Below are positions 25,793 to 38,916 of a stretch of DNA of 64,000 nucleotides, piece after piece (the first letter of the stretch is position 1; each line of letters begins with the position of its first letter). The stretch is from Podarcis melisellensis. Lineage: Eukaryota. The position numbers and the translations under genes are program-made. Where the stretch lies: assembly GCA_964234715.1 (NCBI GenBank), contig OZ174276.1. One strand, given 5' to 3'. The notes below the pieces were generated by a model. That model searched no databases. It saw only the letters and a program-made list of their open reading frames with translations, and was not told the origin of the DNA.

Positions 25793-26389
25793 CATATATA
25801 CCTACACAGACCCTTACACCATATTCAAAGGCCCTTCTCCAGGTGCCCCCACCCATGAGGTGCAATGGACGAGTACTCAAGAGAGGGCCTTTTTGATGGG
25901 GACGCCCTGGTTGTGAAACCCTCATCAGAGAGGCACATCTGGAACTCATGTCACCATGTCAAGACTTCACTTTCCCAGATATTTAAAATCCTTAAGATCG
26001 CTTAGTACTTTTGAACACTGTTTTATATGGTTTGCAGATTACAGCTCTACTTTTTACCATGATCATTTGTTTTTGTTGGTTTATTTTTTTAAAAAAATAG
26101 TGGCTTTTAAATTGTATTGTTCAGCCACCGCAAAATGTTAGTTATTAGGTGGTGTACAAATCTTAAAAATAAATGAGAGGTGTCTGAAAGTAGTAGATGG
26201 GGCCATTTGTGGTCTGCTTCGGGCAGCAAAACACATAGGGCTGAGGCTGGTTTGCCACTGTTATACCTCTTTTGACAGCGAGGCCTAGTTTCCACTGAAT
26301 TGATGAGCCAGTGTCTGGACTGTACCATTTCAGACTGCAGGTGGAGTGGCGTGTGGTGTCATGTGACTGACTGCTGCTCCTCAGTACAA

Positions 26390-26848
26390 GCAAAACACTA
26401 CTAAACCTTAGGTTATGTAAATACAGTCCTGGTAACAGCACACACAACGTAACATTGTTTTTGACAATGTAAATTCTATTTCAAACACAATTCAACATAT
26501 AATATCTCACAAAGTGTAGTAATTCTGTAGACCAACACATCATACAAACAGAACATATCAAGAGAAATTAAAGTCCAATGGATGGTCAGGAGATAAAGTC
26601 CATTCGGTTCCTAAATTGGCATATTGGCAATAACCACAATATGGTATGCTTATCTTATGATGTTCCACATATCGCTGCTTTGAGGATTCTAACGTTCCTT
26701 GAATGTAGATATCGGATCCGATGGGAAGCTTGAAGGTATGGCACAACAAGGATTCTGGGATAATACCTTGTTTCGTCCAACCGGGCTTCGTCAGCCGTGC
26801 ATACTCATATTCTTGTGTGACGGAAACATGGAACAAAATAAATTCAGT
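26390..26848 (-). mobile_element. TSD-flanked insert, probably Penelope-like element terminal fragment, with hammerhead-like motif
   Basis: 12-bp direct repeat TCCTCAGTACAA at 26378-26389 and 26849-26860. Contains CTGACGA..GAAA with paired stems on the minus strand. Confidence 0.55.
26736..26806 (-). ncRNA. Degenerate type I hammerhead-ribozyme-like motif
   Basis: GTATGCAC-GG-CTGACGA-A-GCCC-GGTT-GGAC-GAAA-CAAGG-(14 nt)-CCTTG-T-T-GTGC-C-ATAC. All three stems can form, with core deviations. Confidence 0.5.
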
Positions 26849-28716
26849 TCCTCAGTACAAAGCAATTCCCTCCATGTCTCAAGCACGACAGCCAAGCCTC
26901 AGCTTTTACCAACACAGAGAGCTCTCAGCTTTGGAGACAGACCCATTTACTGCAGCATGAGCTTTGTGCAGCTAAAGAAGGAAGCTCTTGCTCAAGAAAG
27001 TTTGTGCTGCAATAAACTAGCACTTGTGGCGCCACAGGACACAGAACAAATGCCGTTTTCGGTAATTTATTTTGGGAAGCAACAGAACTAGTGTGTCTGT
27101 TGCATTTCAGGGGTGGTACATACCCAGCTATTCCCTTCACCCCATAGCAATGCCTTATCATTTCAAAAACTCAAAAGCGGGAGTTGTAGTAAGGTGTAAT
27201 GATAGAGTTAAACATTGCCTCCAATTATTATGGGTTTGGCTAAGACTCCACCCCTTATTTGTTCTTGAAGTTACTTTCATTTTTCTATGCAGCTGTGTGT
27301 TAACCCATTCTTCAAAAACAACCTGTTGTTCTGGGCCTACAAGGGGAGCAGAACTTGAAAAAAGCCTATTTCTTCTATTTGGGGGGGGGGCAGTGTGTCT
27401 GTACAGTTTTCCTGGTAGGCTCCCCTTTCAAATGGATTATTAAGCATGCCCTCTTTTAAAGCATCAGGATACTTGGGACAAAATGTGCTAAATGGCTGCA
27501 GGGTCATAGCAATAATTGTTGCCTCCCAAAGATTTTAAATTTCTTTTCAAAGGAGGAAAGTACTGTATATAACCATGAACACAAACATTAGCAAAACAAT
27601 TTTGTTCCCCTCTTTTCCCCTCTCCCCAGAAGAGAAGACTAATGTGTCAGATTCTGGCCATCTGTCATGGATGCTTTAGCTGAGTTTCCTAGATGACCCT
27701 CGAGTCCCTTCCAACTCTGTTTTATGATTCTATGAAATTTTCCCATAAGTTCGTTTGATATTACGTATATAAAGGGGTACCATATTTCAAAAAGACTGTC
27801 CTTTTTGACTACATCATTCAGGTTGTGTACTCTCTTAGTTACTTTCTCAGATAAAAACAGTTGTCCAAGTGTTCTGTTTCCATTGTGTGATGGGCAGATA
27901 AAGCTGCTGCTCCTGAGAAAGGCAAGACTCTCCAGGTGCGTACCTGTGCCAGGTTGTGGGGCTGTGGAGATCAAAGCAAAAATATCTAACTAGAAGAGTT
28001 GATAAGATGCTCAGTACATCAATGACAGTTTAAGGCTCAATGAGTTTGATCGAGGAATAATAAGGAAAAAAGGAGTAATAACTGACAAATGGGGGGGGGA
28101 GGAGGAAGAGGGAAGAGGAACAGGGGGAGAAAACAGAGATGTGGAAAAATGGAGGAATTGTGGTAAGGAAGGGTTAGGAGAAAGAGCGTATTTCCTCCCC
28201 GCTGGCACAGGTTGGTTGTTTCTTGCCACACCAGCTCTCTGTGTTCGCAGAGCAGCTGCTGCATCTCTCTGCGGTTTTGATGGTTTGACTTCCTCTATTT
28301 AGCAGGGTCAGTCCAGGCCAGCTCTGCGAGAGATGCTGTGTTCCCCAGAAAGACACAAGGGGCTCACTGTAAAAGCTGGCTTTTACAGAGGAAAAAAACT
28401 GTTTTATTTTTTTAATAATAATTTGAAGGGGAAAAAATGGCACTCTTTCCTCTGGAGCAGAAGATGCCTTACCCTGAAAAAAGTAAATGGAAAAAAAAGA
28501 TAATGAAATTGAAAGGAATGATGAGTACCAATTGCACTGATTCAAATTTAAAGCTCCAGATTTTGAATTGGGTGTGATGCTGTGGTAGATACTGCTCCTT
28601 GGGACTGTTAGGACAGAAGGCAGAGAGTCCCAGCAGTAGATGCAGCCAGAGCCAGTGAAAGGCAGAGAGAACGAATGCTAGTTTTGCCCCTATCCTTCTC
28701 CTCCCTGGATCATTTT

Positions 28717-28965
28717 GGAGAGCCAGTGTGGTGTAGTGGTTAAGAGTGGTAGACTCATAATCTGGGGAACCGGGTTCGCGTCTCCGCTCCTCCACATGCA
28801 GCTGCTGGGTGACCTTGGGCCAGTCACACTTCTTTGAAGTCTCTCAGCCCCACTCACCTCACAGAGTGTTTGTTGTGGGGGAGGAAGAGAAAGGAGAATG
28901 TTAGCCGCTTTGAGACTCCTTCAGGTAGTGATAAAGCGGGATATCAAATCCAAACTCTTCTTCTT
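28717..28965 (+). mobile_element. Young full-length tRNA-derived SINE (Squam3-like)
   Basis: GAGAGCCAGTGTGGTGTAGTGGTTAAGAG (A box), GGTTCG (B box), GGGTGACCTTGGGCCAGTC core, CTT-repeat tail; CpGs retained. Confidence 0.85.
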
Positions 28966-29299
28966 TCAGAAATGTGATTCCCCATCTGCAAAGGTACGGT
29001 CAGTTCTAGGTCTCACATTCGGCTTTCTGCATGAGCAGAACCTTCTTCGACTCAGAAGGCCTTCCTAGAGGTACTCAAGCACAAACACTTCCTAGGACAC
29101 AGCAAGCCAGTCAGTGGAACAAAGATGGACAACTAGGATCTCCAAGCAATGAGAGAGAAGAGCTCACCCAGGCAATATTTGCAGCCCCTAAAAATTTGGT
29201 TGCGATGACTTGTCTGCCCAATAAAATTAACTTTTTTAAAAAAATGGAGCAGCTTTTCTTATAAAATGTTTTAAAACTAGGTATCAATGAAATTTGTTT

Positions 29300-29845
29300 T
29301 ATTTTTAAAAATATTTATATACCACTAGCTCATATAAAACACTAAGGTGGTGTATAACAATGTATAAGTACGGCACAACACAACACAGCTTACAAACAAC
29401 ACAAAATAATCATGAAAATGACTGGCAGTGACTAGCCATGAAAGTTTAAGCAGCTACATAGGCCTGTTGCTATAAATAGATCTTTAGGAGATGTCTGAAA
29501 CTAAGCAGTGTGGATGCCCGCCAAATCTCTGCTGGAAGTGTGTTGCACAGTGTGGAACTGATGGCATTAAATGCCTAGTTTCTGGTTGAGGCCAGACTTC
29601 TGAAACACAGGAGACACCTTACAGCATTTGTACATACATCTGAGACTGAACTGGGACATAAGGGCCCAGGTAGCTCCCAAGACATCTTGGACCCAAGTTG
29701 GTCAGGGCTATTTATGCCAACACAAGTTCCTTGAACATGGACCAGCAGCATGTGAGCAACCAGTGTAGATGTCTTAGCAGAGGTGCCACATGACGTCGGC
29801 CATCTGCCCCCATCAGCAGTCCAGCCACTGCGTGGGAACATAGAT
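29300..29845 (-). mobile_element. Degraded L2 LINE 3' fragment
   Basis: HAVAGLLMG...HVAPLLRHLHWL...FKELVL resembles the L2 motif HITPVL..LHWLP...FK.L.L. Confidence 0.7.
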
Positions 29846-30132
29846 GTTTAAAAGGAAAATCTGAAATATTTTGAAGGAAAAAAACTGGGAATCCCCCACA
29901 GGGTAAGCTTGCTTGCTTGCTTGCCTTTCCATTTTTGGCTGATAATGGAATCTGAAGTAAGAGTTTCCCCCCTTGCTGCTGCCCCACCCCCAAAGTGGGC
30001 CTCTGGATGTCCGTAGCTGCTGTGGCTTTCCCAATCCATTCACCCAACTTTGGGGAGTTGCTTTCTCTTTCCTTGGCAGCAGATGGCATATTTCCTCTTG
30101 GTTAAGCTAAGCGCTTAATATGAAAAGGGCAC

Positions 30133-30150
30133 TGGTGCCACCTACAGGCC
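30133..30150 (-). promoter_or_regulatory. CTCF-like motif
   Basis: Minus strand GGCCTGTAGGTGGCACCA fits the CC..YAGRKGGCR consensus; motif match only. Confidence 0.4.
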
Positions 30151-31104
30151 AGTTTCAAACACATTATTATAAGATTTCCAGAGATGCCAGGTTTTCAAAA
30201 AGAAGCCAAGGCCTTGTTTTCTGAGCTTGCTGGCTTATCTGCACATCTACTCTGGAGGGAAAATCTGGCAACAACCTCTGGACCTCCAGATGTTCTTAGC
30301 CTCCAACTTCCATCAGCCCCACATCCTCTGGAGGGCCACAGGTCCCACCCCCCCCACCTCTTAAAGACTGTCACTCATTCTTGATCCTTTACATGTAGTG
30401 AGCCAAAGATTGTTTGTTTCTATATCTCTGGCCTTTGCCAAAATGTGTGAAGACTACAGTTCTCAGCATGCTGATTTAGGGCGGTATCAAACTAAATAAC
30501 AGTGTGACCAGAATGACTTCGGCTTGTACAGTGCGACTTTCCCCATAGCCTGTCCCTAAAATGGCTCTGAAGGGTTGGGAGAACCCACAGCACAGATTTA
30601 GCAGGGGAGGCACACGGTGGAGGTCCAGTTGTTATGCTCATGCATGGATTTAATTGGCTCTACTTTGGACACAACCCTAAGATAACAAGGCCTGGGCACA
30701 GACACTGCGCCTAGCTAAACATAGTTCACAGTAACAGTGATACCAGTTGTTTAGACACATGTGATGTTAAGTACTTTTTGATATTTTTGTTTAGTTCCTC
30801 GAATCAACTTACCGGTAAGTTTCTGACTTTTTTATTGAGGTGCAATGCAACTTTGTTTGAATATAAATTAACTGAAGTGCAGGCTCTATGGCAGAGAGAG
30901 AAAAGCTTGCTAGAAATTTTATTACAGGGATCCAGCAATGAAGTTTTGGCAGCAATCTTAAGTAGAGTTACCAAGAAGCAAGCCTTGTTCGACACTGGGA
31001 GCCTTACTTCAGAGAAAAGAAGGTCATGATCAGGGTGTGCATTGTGCTCAGTTTAAGCTTTGGAGTTGCCTACTTTCATTTGGCCAATTTCAGCCTGGCT
31101 TGCA

Positions 31105-31237
31105 NNNNNNNNNNNNNNNNNNNNNNNNNNNNNNNNNNNNNNNNNNNNNNNNNNNNNNNNNNNNNNNNNNNNNNNNNNNNNNNNNNNNNNNNNNNNNNNN
31201 NNNNNNNNNNNNNNNNNNNNNNNNNNNNNNNNNNNNN
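31105..31237. other. Assembly gap (133 N)
   Basis: Run of n. Confidence 1.
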
Positions 31238-32889
31238 GAAGTTTCACATTTTCTTTATTGTTATTTTAAAAAGATTTCTTTCTTTTCCAAATATAGATCT
31301 AATTTCAGCATATAATTTAAAACTGACCCCTAGTACATGTTACAGAAATAGGAACTCCTCCAGACAAGACTCCTCCCTTCTTTCCAGAGATTGACTTGGG
31401 ACACGACAACAAACAGGACGGAATTTCGGACAGAGCAGGATTCACGCACATATACCCCTCCCCACCCCCACCCTGAATCCCTTGGGGAAAGTGGAAGGGT
31501 CCTACACGAAGGGGTGGGAAAACCCAAAGTAATAAAACTTCCTTCTCCAGAATTCCTTCCTATGATACATCCAGCTGAGTTCCCTTACAAAAGTTTGGAG
31601 GAGACACGGACACCTGACCTGCCTTGAGCTAGGCAGCACAGCCTGTCTGTAGTTTGGAAACAGGAAGGGCAGACAGTTGTCACCCACTAGGGTGCCCTTA
31701 TGGAAAAGAACAGGAAAGAGGAGAAGCTTGCTCAAAGCTGGTCCTGAAATGATGAACAGTTGCTTTCCATCAACACCATGGCCCCTTGGGCATTTATTTG
31801 TTCAACTTCTATGTCCCCACCACCCCACTCGGACCCAATTATCATCTATCAGGCCAGGCACCCCAAACAACCAAGACAGCATCTGGGTGCAACAAGTGGG
31901 TGATATAGCTCTCTAGCCTGCAGCCTATGTTACAGGAAATAAATAAATATTAAAAGGGTTGTTAACCTGCTCTAAGCCTAAGGGGTAAAAGAGGACCAGG
32001 AAGGTAATATTTTAGGTTGCACCTGACAAGCCACATGTTCGCTGTGCCGATTTTACCTTCTCTCCTGCCTTCTGTGTTTCATACTTGGAGCCTGGGTTGT
32101 GAGCCACAGGGACCTTTATCTCACATATCCCTGCTTCTTGGGGCCCAACTACACATGACTTTAGCTACACAGCTGCGTATTTAAATGCAGATGTATCTGT
32201 GTGTTTCTTAATGCAAATTGCCAGCTTTGGGGACAGGTTCCTGGTCAGGATCCTAGTAATGTGGGTAAGGAAGCCTTCTCACCCACTTACCCTCTCTCCT
32301 TGTGGCCCTGATCCATGTCAAACCTCCTGTTTAAATTCACATTGAGGGGTGGGGAAAGCTCCCATTGGCTTCAGCAGCTTTTAAAATCTGCAAATTACAC
32401 ATGCAACCCGGATTAGACTCACGGGGGTGGGGGTGGGGGTGGGGTGGGGATGGTTAAAGCCTTCTCCCCTCCCTCCATGCTGGGTATTTGTTAAAAAACA
32501 AACCAACACCCTTGCATTGAAAGGCATGGCCATGTAGCAGTTTAGCCTTAAGAGGCCAGAGGCTGTGACCCAAAGGCAGTACAACTCTGCGGTGACTGCC
32601 GGCACAAAGAGCTCACAGCCTGCACAAGCCCGTGAGATCTCTTGTGATCATTCTCACTCACTGCAAGCACCTCCGGTGGTTGTATGTTGTGGTCTGTGAG
32701 CCATGCGGTTTCTGCAGCAAATGTGTGTTTTGGGTTTGGTTGGGCTCGGTCGCCCATGGTAGTGGTTCAATAAGCACCAGTGCAATGCAGCTGAGTTTTG
32801 GATCAAGTCCTTGGTTGATATTAACTTCCTGAAATAAGCCGAAAGGTCTCAAATGACCTCCCACTGCTAGGGCCAGTGAGATCATTTTT

Positions 32890-33270
32890 AATAACCCAAG
32901 CCAAACTTTTATTGGCAAATGTGTTCTCCTCTCTCCATTTCTCTTCCAGCTGAACACGAGGCTGCAGAAACAGCCCAATTACCCTGAATTTCACAGATGG
33001 CAGTAAGTTTTCCCCATAGCTCAGGCAGGTCTTCTTGTATCCAGTCCCTCATTGCTGAGGACATAAAATATATACACTATACAGAGTTACTGAGCGCAAC
33101 AACAAATACATTAAAAAAGATCTACTCTTATATACAGTATTTATAAAAAGCAAATTGACCAGCCACCATCCCAGTACAAAAATACGTGTCTCTTATTTAT
33201 GTCCATTATATTTATTAAACCCTAGAAATAATTACTTGTGGACTTTAAAATTATTTTTGTAACACCAGTG
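32890..33270 (-). terminator. Candidate distal 3' UTR end / polyadenylation region of SLC38A3
   Basis: Minus-strand AATAAA at 33211-33216 and 32908-32913. Two TGTATATA (Pumilio-type) motifs at 33129-33136 and 33069-33076 in an AU-rich block. Confidence 0.4.
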
Positions 33271-36200
33271 CTGCAAAAATATTCATCTTGGTTTTGCTTC
33301 CTAGCCCTGTACTCCCCACTCCCCACCCCATCTGAGTGCTGAACTTCATAAGGTGCATTTTATTAGTGAAGGAAAAGAAGAATCTTTCCTTATGGCTTTT
33401 GGCAAGAGGGGATATCGAGCAAAGAAGACAGCAGATATAACAATGGGGAAGGATTGTAAGATTATTGGAGGCTAGCTCATCTTATGCAAATGAATAGAGG
33501 GAATGATTATTTTCACTCTTTTTCAGCCCAGATTCCCAAAACCATTTACTTGAAAGTAAGTCTCATTCATTTAAAGGAAATTTACTTCAATAACAATGGT
33601 TTAGGATGGCAGATTACATCAATCGGCTCCCCTACTCCCCCCCAAATAACACTGCACCAATGCAGAATGTTATGTTGTGTCTGCTATTTTCTAAATGGGG
33701 AAGTGGTTCTAGGCAACTGCCCTTAAGTTCAATGGAACTTGCCTAGGGATGGGGTCAATGGAGATTGGACAGCATCCAATGGGTATCAGGGTTGTGCAAA
33801 AGCAGTTCATTTCTACCACTAGTACCAGCAGTCACTCATTGGCAGAGGTGTGACTTCCTTAGCTACATTCCTCAGACTATTTAAATGTGTTCCCTCCTGC
33901 ACAATTCATGTAAAAGAATGTGTACTAGGTGCTACGGGGGGGGGGGGGAATCAAGAGTAAAAATACAGCAGCCTTTTAAGGTGCAAATTACTGGAAGCAG
34001 CAACAATTGCAAACAGCGGCAGGGGGCAGAGTAGCTTCATGGTGTTGTGCCTGCTACTGCCCAGCACCCTGAACAGAATGTCAGATGGTGGCAGTAGCTT
34101 ACAGACTGCTTCAACATGCATCTCATAAACTGGCCAAATGCTACATTTAAAAAATATTGTTATAAACAACTGTACCACCCTGCAATCCAGTTGTACACAC
34201 AGCAGGTATGCTGCATTCACAAAATGGCTGTTTTGCACACCAAATTTCATTGCACGTGGAAAATGAGAGGCCCTTTCCTGCACAGAACCTACACGGGATG
34301 CTGCTGTGCATGGGCAAGAGTGCCATGTGAATGGGCAGAGCAAAGCCGCCCATCTGTGAATGCGGAAGTGAGTACCATAGGGATGGTAAGAGCAGGGATC
34401 CAGTGTTTTTCATCTCAGGAACTCCAGGATTGTAGGCATCTCCTTTCCCGCCTGAGATTTTATTTCCGGGAATATATGCTGGTTCATCATATCAGCTCAC
34501 CTGATGACTCTGCTTCTTATCAGACGTACGACGGATAGGAGGGAGAGTCACCTGGCCAGGATGCTGAATAGCTGGAAGGCCAGGTTCTACCTGTACCTAT
34601 TTAATAGTTATAGCACTTGTGTAATCAAAGTTGTTAGTGAGTATTGAATTCATACCTATTAAAAGAGCACATGCATTCTGAAAATGTACTCATGATGGCT
34701 CCTAGAATGCCTTTTCTTGCTCCAATATGGATCAAATGCGAGCCATTTTGTTGGTACACAATAGCTTCTGAAATACTGAAGGTACCAGCATTTGGTGCTG
34801 GCCACGTAACATAATGAAAAGTTTACAGGGCTATTACCTCCAAGTCCAGAAATACGCTTTTGTTATTCATAAGGGAAAGTGCACTTTGAAGTATCCAAAT
34901 GTTTTTGTGTGCCAGTCACAGGGTCCTATGGAAGATGCTTGTTCATTTCACTTACTCAGCACCTGCCCCCTTTTACGAAGAAAAAGCTGTTTCGCTTTCC
35001 TGCACAACTCAGTGGATCCACTTTCATCAGATGAATGCTGAAAGGTCTGGGAAAGGTTCCTCAATATTACGGGAGAAAAGCAGGGAAATTTTTACAAGTG
35101 TCATCAGCTTCCCACTGCATAATAACAATTGGAAAAAGGTCAATTGGAAATATATTATGATATAAATGGAAAGAAAGTATATTATTCAGTGCTGGTGGGG
35201 ACACCAAAGTTCCTCAGAAGCTTCTTGGGCTTCCTCTGTGAAAACTATGGCCCTAGTACAACCAAAGCGTCTTGCTATTAAACAACTAGCCCCATAATCC
35301 TGTGCTTCTCAAGAAAGAACCAATTACATATTTCAGATTGCATTCCCTAGTGGGAGGGTTGCACACCAGATATTAATTAAATGGGAAGAAATGCTCCATT
35401 GAATTCTCCTACCCTTGGAAGACTTCAAGCTATAGGAGCATGAGAGCAGTTCAGAGATGCTGAATTTTACCATCCAGTCTTCCATGGTTTTCTCATTCTG
35501 GAATGAGCTCAGCTCCATGAAGTCCTACATGCTACCCTTTGACTTGTGTCACTCATTCCACACACAACTTCAGGTCTCCATGAACTCCATGCCCCAAATT
35601 ACACATGAATCTTATATTTCAGGGGTGGGGAACTAATGTTCCTTCTTGGACTCCAGCTCCCATCAGCCCTGGCAGTCAGAATGGCCAACAGTCAGGGATT
35701 ATGGGAGTTGTACTTCAGCCACTTCTGAAGGGCCCAGTATTCATCACCAAGTACTCCTTTATTTCCTAAGCTATTGACAGCAGTCAATCCTTCACAGCAG
35801 TCAAGAAGTCCACTGTTCCCTGTGTTCCGGGGGGGACGTGGTTTTCAATTTTTCAACCTGCCACCGTAGTTTACAGCACATTTCTAATCATGTCCTATTG
35901 AATTCAATGGGGCTTACTCCCAGGTAAGTGAGGGTTAAGATTACAGCCCAAGCCTTCAACAGGGGCTTGATATTAAACAATGACCAACTCATACCTCCAG
36001 GCTTTGAAAAGCTTTCTGCTAATTTTTGCACTCTGAGCCACTGCCAAAGCCATATAAATGCAGAGGTGGGTTGAAAAGTCTCCCACCCTACATGAAATGC
36101 AGACCTACAAGTGTTATTCACTAGAAGACTGGAACAGGGGGTCAGATACAGGGATATGCTTTTCCTTAGATGCAATACTCCCAGTTCCGGAGGTTCGCTT

Positions 36201-38916
36201 TCCAACTTAGACCTGGAGTTGTTATTTCCAACCTGGTCATTTCTCACACTGGACCATCAGCAAAGTCAATAGGACACCCACTGGTGGTAAAGAGCACTGC
36301 AGCTGGTGCAGCTTGAAGATCACTGCTTTGACTCCATCAACCCTACATTTCCCCTTACACATGGGTGGCAGCTGAAGGCCCCTGTCTGTGGCTGAATGAC
36401 TGAGCCTGTGCTTGGCATACAGAAAAAACTAAGTGCAACCCCCCTGGCCAAGTGCAACCCTTCACATCTATAGTTAAAAGAACCAGGTGACAGGAAAGAT
36501 TTCTGCTGAAGACCCTGGAGGGCAGTCAAGAGTAAAAGAGGGACAGGGAACATGTGACTTTCCTGATGATGTTGGGCTACAGCTCCCACCAAACTTGACC
36601 ATTGGCCATGCTGGCTGGGGCTGATGGAGTCCAACAACCCCAGGAGAGCCACTGGCTCGCATCTGGGGAGTAGGCTTCACTAGGCTAGAAGGACCTGGTG
36701 TAAGGCAGCTCCCTATGGGACAAATGACTACCCCGTTGGCAACTACTGGACTCTTTTGAGTTTCCCTTCTCAAGTGGCCTTCTGCTGCTTTTGATATGTT
36801 CTCAGCGGCTTTTTTCCTCCTTTTTCTTCTGAGCTTGCGAGGCCCAGGCTGACTACAGTAAGATGAGGTATGAAAGATTTCAGAGCATTTCAAACAAGTG
36901 CATATTTGGGAGGCCACCTCTGATTTAGGAAGAAGCCATGATGAATATTTTCTCCTAGATATATATAAAATATGACAACGACAAGATCAGAGAGTAAAGA
37001 TGAGGAAGATCCGTTTGTTCCTCCTGATCTGCTATTACACAAGGCCTCATATCCTAGTTCAGGGGGGACACTGAATGCCTATCTGATCGTACATAAATTA
37101 CACTGAAGGAAAAGCAGGGACTCAATGGAGGGCAAATCCTTGCCAATTCGGGAAAGCAGCTATATAAATACAATTCCATTGGAATCTCATGCCTGCTACA
37201 AATTGGAGGAAAAGCAACATCAGTATGTACAAAACAAAACGAATGCAAATTCTCCTAGCCTACCGAAATTAGCAGCAATCAAGTCCTAGTGACCAGTTAG
37301 GCTGGCGGACCAGCTTGGTGGCAGGGCTACACTTCCCAACATGTTCAAGCAACTGCTGGCAGATAGGAAGAGAGGCCACTGTGATGCGTTAGTGGGGAGG
37401 GACCAGTCTCTAGGATGGACAGATCCATTTCCATTGCCTCAGGCGGTACCCTTTCAGGACACAGGAACCTCAGAGAGGCCTCAATGCCGTTCTGTCTTAA
37501 AAGACATTGGGTGGGATTCACTTAGGGAGCCCCATCTGCAGAAGTCCTGTGCAAGGACTTCTACTTGCGCAACTGGGATTCGCCCCCCTGAAACTGACTG
37601 GAGGGGAGGTTCGGGAGAAACCCCGAAACGGCACGTGTGGGGAGGAGAGAGGGGATCATTTCACCCCGCAAGCCAAAAGTATTTGAGCAGGCGGAACGTT
37701 CATCATCGCACAACATTGAATTCCACCCAATGTGATGACTTCTTGCCTTTACCTAATGGAATGAGGAGACAGAAACAGGGGTTTGATATCGCTGACACAG
37801 GCTTGCTTCCCATCCCACCTTGTATGAAGGAGGAAGAGCTCTGTTGCTCACAGCTAACCGTTTGCCCAAAATGCCAACCATCTCTGCTTCACCTCCCTAA
37901 GCGAAGCTTAGGCATGAGCTAAGGAAAGCCAGCGTAAACCTGCACCCCAACCGACAGTTCAGAAAGGCCGACATCTCCAAATCGCTTCCCATCCGCCAGC
38001 CAGTCAGTTCCAAGACCTGTGGCCACCTTAGCGATGGCAATGAGGTCATACTTGTTTGCATGTGTTTTGTGTGGAACAGGTAGCTGCGCAAAGATGGGAG
38101 AGAGCAAGGCCTCCGTGGCCTCTGCCCTGAGCATCCCCTTGCCCTGAGAGAGGAGCGTTGATCATGAGGCTCATCATAAGGCTCACACCCTAGCAGAGGG
38201 AACAGGACCAAGTCTGAGGGAAGAACTCCCACTTCCCCCACCAAGGAACAACAAGGACTCAGGAAGCAACTTCTGAGAGGGACAAAAGCCCTGTGGCTGG
38301 TGGGGGCTGAGGCTATTAAGACTTTAAAAACCAAACAGAAACATTCTGCCCCTCTCTCCCTGTCTGAAAGCATTTACTTCCAATTTGTGGCCCCAGTACC
38401 GTAATTCTGTAGGAAGGCCTGGCTCCAGTTCCCTTGTCAGTGGTGAACCTCAGGCCAAAGCTCTACTCTCAGGCTCTTTAGCCACAGTCCCCTCCCCCAA
38501 TTTCCTCCTGTTCCTGCCCTTGACTCTCCAGTTGCCTCAGGCTGGGCTAGACATACTGGACATATAAGGACAAACATCCCACAGCAACCCTCCCACCCCT
38601 CTGGATTGGCCTATTTCCCTCATTTGCCTGTTCCTCAGGCGCCGTTGGTCTGGCCCTTCCCAGACAGTGAGATTAAAACAAATGCTCAAAAAGTTTAGGA
38701 ACTGGTTTCCGGCTTGGTCTAGCCAGCAGCAGCCCCCCTGGCTCAATGGGGTCGCGTGTAGGAACTGAGTAACGGAACAGCGCCCCCTTGGCTCAGAGCG
38801 GAGCTGTGGACTAAATTACGGCACAGTACTAGCAGAGGTAGGGGAGCAGGAAATGTATCAAAGCTGGCCAAGTTTCCCAAGGCGTTGATCCACAGTTGTG
38901 AGGGTCCGGGCCTTGT

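Noticed and set aside
28717-28800. tRNA gene
   Set aside because: The tRNA-like head continues into a SINE body and tail. The same applies to 1735-1806 and 45175-45250.
31026-31394. ORFs containing X runs
   Set aside because: Artefacts of the 133-N gap.
37341-38373. 193-aa (+) and 158-aa (-) ORFs
   Set aside because: No recognisable homology; they lie in the presumed SLC38A3 3' UTR.
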